NCBI GenBank assembly: GCA_028023455.1 | Contig: JAQFVV010000001.1 | Span: 7,440,001-7,504,000, forward strand | Length of the DNA stretch: 64,000 bases | DNA from: Epiperipatus broadwayi | Taxonomy: Eukaryota > Animalia > Onychophora | Reading direction: 5' to 3' | Shown here: positions 53,150 to 64,000 of the stretch, piece by piece | Layout: each line of letters begins with the position of its first letter | How positions within the stretch are numbered: the first letter of the stretch is position 1 | Position numbers and translations under genes: made by a program | Notes under the pieces: generated by a model | What the model saw: the letters and a program-made list of their open reading frames with translations, nothing else | What the model was told of the DNA's origin: nothing | Databases searched by the model: none

Positions 53150-55050
53150 TAAGTAACATTTTCAAATCTTACAATATAAATTGGCCCTACCCTCCTCTTC
53201 CAGATTTTCTTATACCTTCAATATTTATGGAAAATATCTATTCTTATGGTAGTTTTTAGGAACATGTAAATGAGGTGCAAGCAGGTTATCAACATCAACT
53301 TTAAGATTGGATGAACTTAAATTCTTTATATTATCAAATAAGGAGAAACATTCTATTCAAGCAGATGAGAACAATAACAGCTCCTGACTTATGTCTTGTT
53401 TCAACAAAATGTAGTTCACCATTACTTACTGAACTATTGATATTAAATGACTTTCCTCAAAGCTAATATAAACCAAGTTTATTCATTCTTGAAATTCACA
53501 TTTTTATAATGAAAACTTATACTGCTAAATAAAAAAAAGAATTTAAGAAAAATTAACTGGAGTTGATATAATGATTATATTAAATAGAATATTAATAAAA
53601 TCTATCCAATTCCTTTTTACTATGATAGGTTTTTCAAACTTATAATAGTGCATCCAAATATTCCATTTCACATGGATAGATGTTGAAAACAATCCATTTC
53701 AATTTAGAAGAAAACCAGAAATGCTCTTTAATCAATTTTTGTCTACAAAGATATGGATATTGCTGTTAAACTTGTAAAATCACTGGACGATGCCCAGGAG
53801 TGGGGAGGAGGTGAAGAGAAAGTACGAGAAATAAAACTTTTCAAGACCTAGTCATAAGGCCTGACCACTATTACATAAGCTTGGTGGATGTAAAGATGCA
53901 TCTTAAAAATACTACTACTGTTATTCTTATTCAGGATGACAATCTTATATATCAGACTATTAAACCCAAAATTGATAGAATGAAAAAACATCAATAGAAT
54001 AAAATTGCAAGCCTCTCTCCCACAATGTTTTTCTAATGTCAATCTGATAAAACCAACTTGAACATGCCTTGAATTGTTTTAAAGTAAAAAAATATCCTAC
54101 TAACAGGAAGTATACTTTCTGAATTTCTAAAAAACATAGATAAAACTAGTCTATGGTTGGCAAAACTATTCAATAACATTATTTATATTGAAACTATTCC
54201 AAAAATTTGGCATAAAAACAAAACTATAAGAGTTTTAAAATTAAATAAACCAAATTATGAATCAAAAGATTATCAATCTTTCATAGACTGGAGTCTTATT
54301 CCTAATCTAATGAAGACAATATACTCAATCTTTCACCTAAACAACAAAAAAACCTCATAATACAAATATAATTTTCGGTAATAATAGTTTTAAACATAAT
54401 TGGAGTAAATTAAGAATTATCTTTCTGAAACATTGGCTGACACTAGCTTGACATTAACTTGTTCCCTTAATGGCTATTGTATCCTTGTTTGGAAAAAGGT
54501 TCTTAAACTAAACTTTTGGTTACTTAAATATTATCATGAGAACTATTATTGGCACACTCAAGTTTATATCTATATAATAACCTTGTATTTTATCACATAT
54601 TCCTGTGTGAGATACCAGAAGAGAAATTGCCTTATAGAAAATATATAAAACTGTTGTGCAAATTCAACTTGAGAATAACCCAAAATAGTTTCACTACTTA
54701 AATCGTCTCAAATCAAGATCCTCTTTTTGTATGTTCATCCAAGAGAATCTAATCAAAGAATTAAGAGATAAAAATGGGATTCTTATGAGATTTCAAACAA
54801 TTATCTTTTTTCAGATCCAATAATAATAATAGTCTGCTGATTTTGATCTTCATAGATGTAACTGGAATATCATCAATAGATTCATGACAACTTATGCACT
54901 TATCTGCTTCACAAATGGAATTTAGCAGCACTAATTTATGTAGATGTTAACACAAACCATGAACTATATACTGTCAAATTTATAGTTACAATGGCAGAAT
55001 TGAATGTCTTAATAAAGTCACTAGTGAAATCCATTTTCTGGTTTAAATTT
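53150..55050 (+). mobile_element. Decayed Ingi/I-group LINE (endonuclease end plus RT)
   Basis: APDLCLVS...LNDFPQS (PDL..FPxSQHRP), SLDDA..W, IPKIWHKNKTIRVLKLNKP..SKDYQS (PxxWxxAxVIxIxKPGKxxxxxxSYRPI), LVWKKVL. Confidence 0.65.
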
Positions 55051-57220
55051 CTGCAAATTCGTTTGTGATAGTTTGTTAATAATTAAAGCTGTTTTTTTTT
55101 TTTTAAAAAAAAAATCATATAATTAGCATACAATTTTTACTCATTTTGTGTCCATGCTTCTTTTTTTTTTTTTGTTTTTAATGTCAACATAAGAAATCCA
55201 TTTGATTATGCATTTCTTTTTGTTCTTATATTTTACTGTTTTAGTTTTTATTAATCATTTATTATTTCTTTTGTAAATTCAATATCCAATTAATTGATAT
55301 ACATTTTTTTCTAATATAAATTTTCTGCTTAGAGCATAACAAAAAAAGAAAAAAAAAAGGATCCATTTGTCTATCTATAAAATCAAAATAGAAAAATGCC
55401 TGCTAACAAATTAGAACCCAATCTAGGATTAGACAATCATTGAATCAACTAATGATATTAATAAGACCACGAATCTAATCGAGTTAACCTTTAGTGTGGA
55501 GCTTTTGCATCAGCCATTTTAATGAGATGCCATGGAACCCTGATGTTTAGTGGTTTAATGGTTATAAGTATATGGCTGAAAATTATAAGCCGATCACTTG
55601 GTCTAAGTGTGATTATTTTCAGTGAATAAATACATAATTAATTATAAACAGATTAATTTGTTATTCCTTCTGAGTAATTATTTTATGCTATAACACAAGA
55701 ACATATATCCCCAACAGGGTTTACAAATAATCTGGATATTTTCTTAGAAACTCACTCTTTAAATTTCTTACCACTGACCTTATTAGGCACTGAATCCATA
55801 ATATCATAGAGTTATGGGTCAAGTAAATTATCTTAGATCATGATAATCTCAATTATTTCATACTATGCTGCATGTCTGATTGCAATGCACATCATACTGC
55901 ACGGTGAAAATATTAATTTAATATTAAAGTGACTGACAGGTTTCACCTCAATGCATTATTTCTATGAAGTGGATTTTCCTGTATTAATTTTAGTACTATT
56001 TTGAATAGCGAATAAGTCTGTGAATAATACTGCTGGATGTTTCAGAAATGCTATTGCCAACAAAATATCTTATTATTTTCTTTGTTTACATTTACCATAT
56101 GCTTTCAAAATCTGTTCTGTTCATTTTATTTTAAAAGCATCCATTGCAGGTCTAAGTATATTCACAATTCCAGATTAGTTTCTGACTTATGGCCTTTACA
56201 TAAAAATTTTAAGATGGCTCTAATGACATAAACTCATCACTGATAAAGGCCATGTCAGTTTAGGCTAACAATGGATGGCTCTACAACAGTGAAAACCCAT
56301 AAGAACAAATTTGTAGTCAAATATCTTACAAGAAAAAAGTCACTTTTAAAATAGTTTTTGGCTAACATCTTTAAGCTCTCTTGTTTAAAGATATATATAC
56401 ACACACACAAATTAGCATTAGAATCAATCTTAGTTTGCTTCTTGCTATTTACCACAGTAGAAACATTTCATTTTACTATAACAAATTGACTTACAATATC
56501 AGTTTTATTTGAGTGAATACAAATTTACTATCTTAACATAAACCAAGCACTAATTATATATCTGTGTGGAAGATAATGATCTGGAGCAACTGACGAATGC
56601 TGGTTCATTGGAAATCATTTATATTTTTCACATGTGTGTGGTCATGTGTATTGTTTGAATGAGATAGAGCAGATAGCTGAAGGGAGCTTGAAAGTCTGTG
56701 TTCAAATCCTTTATAAATTAATATCTAGTTCCGTATATTGACATTTTGTTCCTCATATCTAAAAAAAAAAATCCATAAACTTTTTTAGTTCTGTACTTTT
56801 AAAAATATTGGCATTTTCCATTTTATTTTTATATGCTTACAGTAAATAACATACATGAAAAATTGGTATTTTCTTTCAGAGGTCCATAATCTTTTATAAA
56901 TTGTTATAGTCCTCTTATTACTAGAAGAAAAACTTGATCCACTTTCTTATGTTAAAATGTTAATTTATTAACATATTTTTTTACAATCCTTTACCAGTGA
57001 ATTTTTTTGAATTCATTTTAAATTGGGCAAAAAGGTTTATAACCTAAATAGATGTAAAATTTTTCTAGAACTGGAACATGTTCAGTTTGGAGAAAATCCA
57101 CATTGAATTCTAATAGCTTTTACTATAATGTATTATTTCATTATTAATTTTTCAGGCATCACTTGATCACTTATAGATATGTTAATGTGAATGTAATCAT
57201 TTTTTTCTCATGCGTCAAAC

Positions 57221-57660
57221 TTTAATATTCAATTAGCAATGTTAAATGCTAGTAAACTTTCGATTCAAATCACAAGATAAGAAGGTTGAAAAGATAAGAA
57301 AAGTGATTTTATCTTTTGTACCTATATGCAATTATATAGACCAATCTTAAGCATCTTGGACTGAGAATGCTAGTAAAAAAATTTCTAGATTATTTACATT
57401 AAAGTAATATATCTTATAAAATTAACACTTGGTAAATTTTAATATTTCACAACTGTTAATATGTAATAAGTAGATATATAAGTAAAGGAATAATGTAATA
57501 TAACATACTTTCAATCCAGCCAAATATGCTTAAGATTGGTTTATATAATTGTATGTAGGTACAAAAGATAAAACGGTTGTTCTTATCTTTTCAAAATCTT
57601 TATCTTGTGATCTGAATTGAGAATTTACTAATATTTAACATTGCTAATTGAATATTAAAA
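57221..57660. mobile_element. MITE-like foldback, imperfect inverted arms of about 140 bp
   Basis: 57221-57360 is approximately the reverse complement of 57520-57660 (e.g. TTTAATATTCAATTAGCAATGTTAAAT / ATTTAACATTGCTAATTGAATATTAAA; ACCAATCTTAAGCAT / ATGCTTAAGATTGGT). Confidence 0.8.
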
Positions 57661-58604
57661 TATGGCACATGTGAAAAGAATAATACCTTTTGTATCAGAA
57701 TTATAGACATGCTCCAGAATAAAATTAATTCCATTAGGATAAACAAACTCATTATGCTTAAAAATATATAGTTATTATATGTTTCTGAAAAAAAAAAAAA
57801 ATTCTATGGCAATATTACAATCAAACATTTTTAATGCTTCAGATAAAATCTTAAATAATAGCAGTGACAATTTTTTTAAACAAATTTCTGTTAAAATTAT
57901 ATAATTATTTTATAAATATTATAGAAAATTATTTTAGTATAAACTGTATTTGAATACTTATAAACATTTTTTTTTTGTTATTGTTAAAAAACATTATTTT
58001 ATGAAATGCATCATATATGTACAGTATACATATATTTATGTAATAGTAAATTACTCAGTTTTAGAATGTAAAAATAAAAACTGTGGCAACTATCAAATAC
58101 CTATTTATTTGATCAGTAGTACAGTAATCATTTAGTAATAATGGAGTTTTTTTTTAAAAAATAATCACCTATTTTAAAGTGGTGCAGAAAATAGTCAACA
58201 TTGATTATTGTTTTAATAATATATTTTTTTAATGTTCTTGTATTCAATTTTATCATTGGGAGAAAAAAAAAACTATATATTTTAAAATGCTAAATGACTG
58301 TATCATTTGTGAAAATATTTTGGAAATAATTGAATTAAAATCATTAAAAAAAAACAAACATAATTTTTTTTAGTTTACTGATAGGATGCTTACTTTAGGT
58401 AAATAAATAAATTGACGAGATTTTAAAATAAAAATAATCTGTTTTCAAAAATTACATATTGTAGAACTAAGATGAATGAAATAGTCATATAAGTTTTCAT
58501 TTGCACCTGTTAAACAATTCACATATGTCTACAAATATGTAATAAACATTTGATTGTAATTAAATGTTAATCTTATAAAAAGTTGATGAGATATATTTAC
58601 TTAC

Positions 58605-58792
58605 TTTTCTTCTCGTAAATTAGAAAACACATTCAATTTCTCTTGAATACAATTTAAAATTTCTTCCAATTCAGATTGTCTAATCTGTGCAGTTTGTAAC
58701 TGTTGCTCAAAATGCCCAGATAAATTCTCTATCTTATTTTTAGTTTCTATAATTGCTTGATCCAATTCTTTTTTTAAAATACAGTTATTTTC
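58605..58792 (-). CDS. HMMR: HMMR exon, coiled coil
   Basis: 188 nt, phase 0/2, AG/GTAAGT, ENNCILKKELDQ...NLREE. Confidence 0.9.
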
Positions 58793-58865
58793 CTAAATAA
58801 TAAAAATTATTATTATTAAACATCAATAGAAAATGTTAAAATTTAAGTTTACTTAAAAAGCTCAC

Positions 58866-58927
58866 CATGGCCAAATTCAACTGATCTTCCAGATCTTTAT
58901 TTTCATTTTTGATTTTGTTATTAATTC
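58866..58927 (-). CDS. HMMR: HMMR exon
   Basis: 62 nt, phase 1/0, AG/GTGAG, GINNKIKNENKDLEDQLNLAM. Confidence 0.88.
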
Positions 58928-59959
58928 CTATAATGATATAACAAAGATATTTTAAAATCTAAGTTGTGTAAATCTATTCTAAAAAATAAAATTGTATTTA
59001 TAAGCAAATGGGGGGAAAACATTTAAGATATAGTATTTTCTAAAGTATTTTGTAAAAATTATATAGACATTATTTTGCCAATAAAAAACTGCACTTCTAA
59101 AGATCCAAATCATCCTACCTAAAAACTATAATCTAGACCTCAATCAACTTAAATTTATTAAAAAAAGCTACTGTGTTTCAAGCATTAATTTCTCTGAAAA
59201 TAGTTTCATTAAAATTAAGATATAATGCAGTAATGACTGACAAAGTTTTTTAATAAATTGCATGCATTTATAATGAACTGTCCGTAATTGCGAGCAAAAT
59301 TAAGAAAGAATTTCAAGTTTGCCAAGACCTAAACAAGATTGGTTTTTAAAATTAATATACTGATATTGTAAGCTAATTCTCTGCTATACTTAAGTTTTGT
59401 AAATCATCTTTTGGATATCAAAGACAAAAATATTGAATAATAAGTGAATAAAAAACCAGACTTAAAATTTGTGAACTTATATTTGAATTCCTTAGTAATA
59501 GTTTGACTGACTTTAATCTCTGTTAATATATTCTTAATGATATATTTAATTTCATTAACATGAATAATGTGATAGTTTGGAAGTATAAAGATTATTAACA
59601 TTTCAGGATAATGCAGAGCTGGTTCCAAGGGGGGAAAAAGGAGGGAGGGGAGCTGGAGCAATATTTTCATGCGGGGATGGTGATCTTGGTAAAGAGTGTT
59701 TGATGAACATTAAAAAATTATTATCTTATTTGCAGATGGATAAATCAAGTCTAGAATGATTTTCTCCATTATAAATTTTTTTTATTTTGAATGAGCATTT
59801 ACTAAAAAAAAAAAAGCATTCTAGAAAATAAAATATAATTTATTGCACTACATGTAGTTTTGTTTATTAAAATATTGATACCATAAAATTGTACAAATTA
59901 ATACTTATAGCGTATAATTACTTATTCATTATTATTTTATAAATTATGAATACAACTTT

Positions 59960-60960
59960 GTGCAATTCAAGGTGTTAATTTTCTCTATTAATAATTTATA
60001 TTTCAATAACAACTTCATTCTTGAAATTCTGTTTTTCATCATCAAACTTTTATTCTACTATACATTAAAATCAAACTTATCATTTTTTTGTTCTTCTATT
60101 CCCTTCTACTCATTCTGTCCTATTGTTTTGTTTCACATCTCAATTCACAATTAAGTTTTCTATTTATATTTTTACTTTCAGTAGAATTCCTACTTTTCCA
60201 ACCTCTCTTTGTTATTATTCTTTATCTCATTATCAATATAATTTTTTTTTTTTTCAAATTTTCCTCGAATATTTATTATCTATTATTCAAATTTGTTTTT
60301 ATTTGTATGCTTATTTTATCTACCAACTTGTAAAATTTTTCTCTAATATCTACCCTCATCCCTCACTTGCATTTAACAATTGCTAATTTCTTTCTTATTA
60401 AAAATAAAATATATTCTAATTGAAATCTATATTATCACCTGGAATTTTCTATGTGTAAATTCTTTTCTTATATTTTAAATTTACCTTTTGTTGTAATATT
60501 TTTTCCAATAAGAATTCACCTACCTTTCATCTTTTATTTCTTATCCCAATCCATCCATAATTATCTTAAAATTTTATCATCTATTTTCTGTCTTACCAAA
60601 GTATTTACAATCTCAATAATTAATAAAAGATTGTTTTTATATTTATCTTGAGAGTTTTCCAACTCCTTTATATATTTTTCATTTCATAATCATTATGATT
60701 ATTAGTTTAAATGTCTACTTAAATAATGATCAGACATCTTGGAAATGTTATTTTCAAATCATGGAGTACTACTCAAAAAAATTTCATTTGTTCTTGGATC
60801 TATGTCTATTTTTAATTGCAGAATTCAAAATCCTTACATCTTCTTCACAGCTGCTTCATACTGACTCTTACAATATCTATCTTTTTGTCTTCATATCTGG
60901 TAATAAATTTACCATAGCTTTGTTTTATAACTACTATTTCATAATTATCATTCATATACT
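59960..60960 (-). mobile_element. Decayed LINE-like relic (probably endonuclease region)
   Basis: Strong TC skew on the plus strand as in the RTE-X relic; only broken protein-like frames. Confidence 0.35.
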
Positions 60961-61436
60961 TAGATTTGGGGGAAAAACACACAAAAAACAATAGTTACTT
61001 TGTCAACATGTCTTGTAATTTATCCATAGTGATTTCTGTTAATCTTTATTTTATTATAAATCCATATAAAGAAGAAAATTTAGTTTAGAATTTTTTTTTT
61101 TAAATAATTGATGATGTATTAAATGTACATAAACTTACTGACAAAATTTAATATAAACTGTAATTGTGAAAAATTCATTATTGGACAATAAGATTCAAAA
61201 TATTTTCAAATTGAAAAGTTTAATTTATTATTAGATTTGGCAATGTTTAAATCCTGGCATAAATATTTTAACAGCCTACCTTGTACATGATTGAGTTCAT
61301 TTTCTAATTCTTGAATATGTTCGCAATCTTCTGAATGATTTTCTTCTAATAATAGTAATAATAAAACAGCATTTATTTTTATCATACTTAATAAAAAAAA
61401 TCAAAAACAGATATTTATTTAACAAGTTTATTTTAC

Positions 61437-61704
61437 CAAGCATTTGTATCTTTTCCTCGAGAACAGAAATGGTGAGTCTAAGAGCTTTTAATTCTTCTTG
61501 CAAAGTCTTTGTATCAAATTCCATTTTACATTCTACAGTTTCAAGTTCTTTATTTTTGTTCGACAATTTAGTTTGGACTAAATGTAACTCACTCTGTACA
61601 TCTTTTAATTCGTATTGTTTTATAACTAGCTGCTCCTTTATTTGAACTAATTCAACTTCTAATGTTTCTTTTTTCCTATCACTTGAATCTTCAAGAATAG
61701 TTAC
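61437..61704 (-). CDS. HMMR: HMMR exon, coiled coil
   Basis: 268 nt, phase 0/1, AG/GT, VTILEDSSDRKKETLEVEL...KIQML; overlaps ORF 61297-61566. Confidence 0.9.
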
Positions 61705-62451
61705 CTAAAATATTAAAATTTTATTAATTATAATTTAAATAGAGACAATGTATTTTCATTTAGTATAAAGATGGTTAAAATGTCAATAAATCTGTACATT
61801 CAGAATTCTTAATATTAGTTAAATAAGCTTTCTTTTATTCCATTAATGATACTGATTTGTTTAATAGTAAATAATTAGAATTATTCATATTTTTCACCGC
61901 TTTAAAATATTTCTAAACATTTTATTTCCAAAAATTGTTTGTTAAATTCTATGCATTACTGTTTTAAAAATTTATAATCTCAGTTATAAATTCTAGATTT
62001 ATGCTTTACGCTTGTCCAAATTATGATAATATCTCAATTATTAAAATGAGATGTTTTTAAATGGCCATTCTTAAGAAATTCACTCTAGAGCAGGTATGGA
62101 CACTAATTTTCAAAAAATGCTCTCATGAGATACAGTTTATCATAAATCCGATCATACCAATAAAAGAACATTTTGCAAATATTGTACTTAGTATAAAATA
62201 TATCAAAACAAAATTATTTTTAAAGAAAATCGTTATTGTTTTTCAGAATAGACACAAGTTATTTATAATTGATGTAACAAAATAAAGCTTTAATAAAATT
62301 ATGCTGATATAATCATTAAAAGTGTATCATAAAGAAAGTTATAAAAAAAACATATCCTGATCCTGAACTCTAGAGTGTCCATGCCTGTTTTAGAGAAAAA
62401 CTTAATTTCATTACTTTACATTCCTTATCTTTGTTAGAAGATGTACATTAC

Positions 62452-62640
62452 CTTAGTCTTAAGAATATCATGTTTTTTGTTCATTTCTTTTAGTTGTTTT
62501 TCTAAAGAAGCTATATTTGCTTGTAAAGAACTTTTTTCTCTTAATACATTTTGATATTTTCCATCTTGCTTTTTAAAATCTTCATCTTTAGAAGTTAGTT
62601 GCCTTTCTAATTGATTATTAGTTTGGAGAAGGTGCCTAAT
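62452..62640 (-). CDS. HMMR: HMMR N-terminal domain exon (IRHLLQ...LREKSSLQANIASLEKQL...ILKTK)
   Basis: 189 nt, phase 0/0. Matches the recalled human IRVLLQ...[32 protein letters not shown]. Confidence 0.92.
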
Positions 62641-63119
62641 CTTGAAAAAAAAAAAGAAATAAAAAGTTTACATTTATATATTGAAATAAACAAGTACTGT
62701 GGTTATTTCCAATAGCCCTTTAAAAAAATATATATATATATCAATTTCAAAAAATAATAATCCCATAAACAATGCATGATTAATTTAACATGTGAATAAA
62801 GAGAGAAAAAAAGTAATGGATGTTTTATCTATAAAGAATTAAGTTTCATATTTGCTTAATTTTGAACAGAAATTTAAATAATAATTTAATTAGTTAGAAT
62901 AGAATTGTATAAATGAATTTTATTACAATTTTAGCTCAAATAATAAACACAGTCATTAGGCACACACTCAGGTTACTGACAAGATCCATAGTAAAATGAT
63001 CTTCAGATATGAAGCCGTATTTGAGGATAACAAATAAATGATACCTGATTATGAGTATCTTCTGCTGCCTTGCAGGATATAATATTGGTTCACATAAACC
63101 TAAGTAGTTTCTGATACAC

Positions 63120-63160
63120 TTTTTTTTCTATCTCCCTTTTTTTTTTATCATTGTTAGTCA
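63120..63160 (-). CDS. HMMR: Tentative short HMMR exon (TNNDKKKREIEKK)
   Basis: 41 nt, TTAAG acceptor, GTGTAT donor, ends in phase 0. Aligns with human QKNDKDLKILEKE just before IRVLLQ. Homopolymer runs make the frame error-prone. Confidence 0.55.
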
Positions 63161-63689
63161 CTTAAATTAATGTAGGGCATAGTTATCACAAACCTCTCAT
63201 GGCATCAATCATCTCTCAATGAAATTGTTTATATAACCATCTTTTAATTATATACACAGCAATTAACTCCAATTCTTTTTTTTCAGGCCTTTGAGAATTA
63301 AGAAAACATTGAAAAAGACATGTTTAGCAAAGTGGCAGCCATCATCCATGTTCTTTGGTTAAGAAAGTAAATAATTAATGAATTGGATTGAAACTAGATT
63401 GGAATAGGGATTCAGCCAGGCAAAGATTGTATGTTTAGACAGCTTTATTATCAGCCTTCCTACTGCAGAAATGTAAGAGCTCTGTGATCTAAAACAGCCT
63501 GTTTCACATAGTCTGACTAGATTATGTACTTGACGGTTTATTCATTAAATCAATAGAATTAATATTAATAATAGTATAAAGGTGACTTTGATAGTGCTAA
63601 AGGTAAATATTACAAATCTATTTTTTTCTAAATATAGATACTTAGAATATACAAATTTTTAATTGATATAAATTCTTCAAGACCTGCAT

Positions 63690-64000
63690 GTAAGACAGCA
63701 CTGGTGACTAAGGATTTGTCAACATTTAAGATCAATATAGCTACTCTTAGTGAAACTCATTTTCTAGAGAAAGCATAATGATGGATTTATTAAATTTAAT
63801 ATCTTTTATTCTTGGAATTCCTCACTGTATTAATAATATTAAAACTTGGTTAGCACAATGGTATCTATGCTCATTTTAATAGTGCACACACTCTAACATT
63901 AAATTTTGAGAAAAAAAGCATTTATTCATTGCTGGATAATATTATTATAGCAACATCATTAAAAAATCAATTTTTTTTCTTGGAAAATTTGATGCACATG
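63690..64000 (+). mobile_element. RTE LINE endonuclease N-terminus, runs off the window
   Basis: KTALVTKDLSTFKINIATLSETHF matches RTALVAxELxRxxIDIAALSETR. Confidence 0.7.

Noticed and set aside
56585-56700. CTGACGA...GGAAA and CTGAAGG...GAAAGTC hammerhead-like strings
   Set aside because: Stems I and III cannot form; consistent with chance.
418-62285. Most ORFs in the supplied six-frame track
   Set aside because: Short, F/I/L/Y/K-rich products of AT-rich non-coding DNA. Only 41856-42563 and 61297-61566 (HMMR exons) and a few LINE fragments (e.g. 40280, 40568, 52026, 54157) reflect real coding sequence.
63045-63099. Possible additional HMMR exon with a good GT donor
   Set aside because: In-frame stop in the phase needed for the conserved IRHLLQ acceptor; no similarity to HMMR.
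63395-63480. Possible HDV-like ribozyme upstream of the RTE endonuclease
   Set aside because: P1, P3 and P1.1 pairings could not be completed.

Overview
Very AT-rich, CpG-depleted eukaryotic (probably invertebrate animal) genomic DNA. One host gene dominates: HMMR/RHAMM on the minus strand, with 12 well-supported coding exons plus 1 tentative exon between 63160 and 28177. The splice phases chain into one open frame of about 805 codons, and the 5' end probably lies beyond the window. Introns and flanks are full of transposon debris: RTE/RTE-X, I/Ingi-group LINEs including an RNase H domain, a hAT with an intact 8-bp TSD, and Tc1, BEL and MITE relics. The standout observation is two different families of small (~420-450 bp) non-coding repeats that each carry a type I hammerhead ribozyme with a palindromic, dimer-type stem III, i.e. 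retrozyme / satellite-2-like elements. Two ribozymes look structurally intact (32034-32076 and 40013-40054, both + strand). A cluster at 2.8-4.0 kb holds tandem, circularly permuted and inverted copies in various states of decay. Almost all ORFs in the supplied track are spurious. All calls were made by eye; family comparisons rely on recalled motifs, not database searches.
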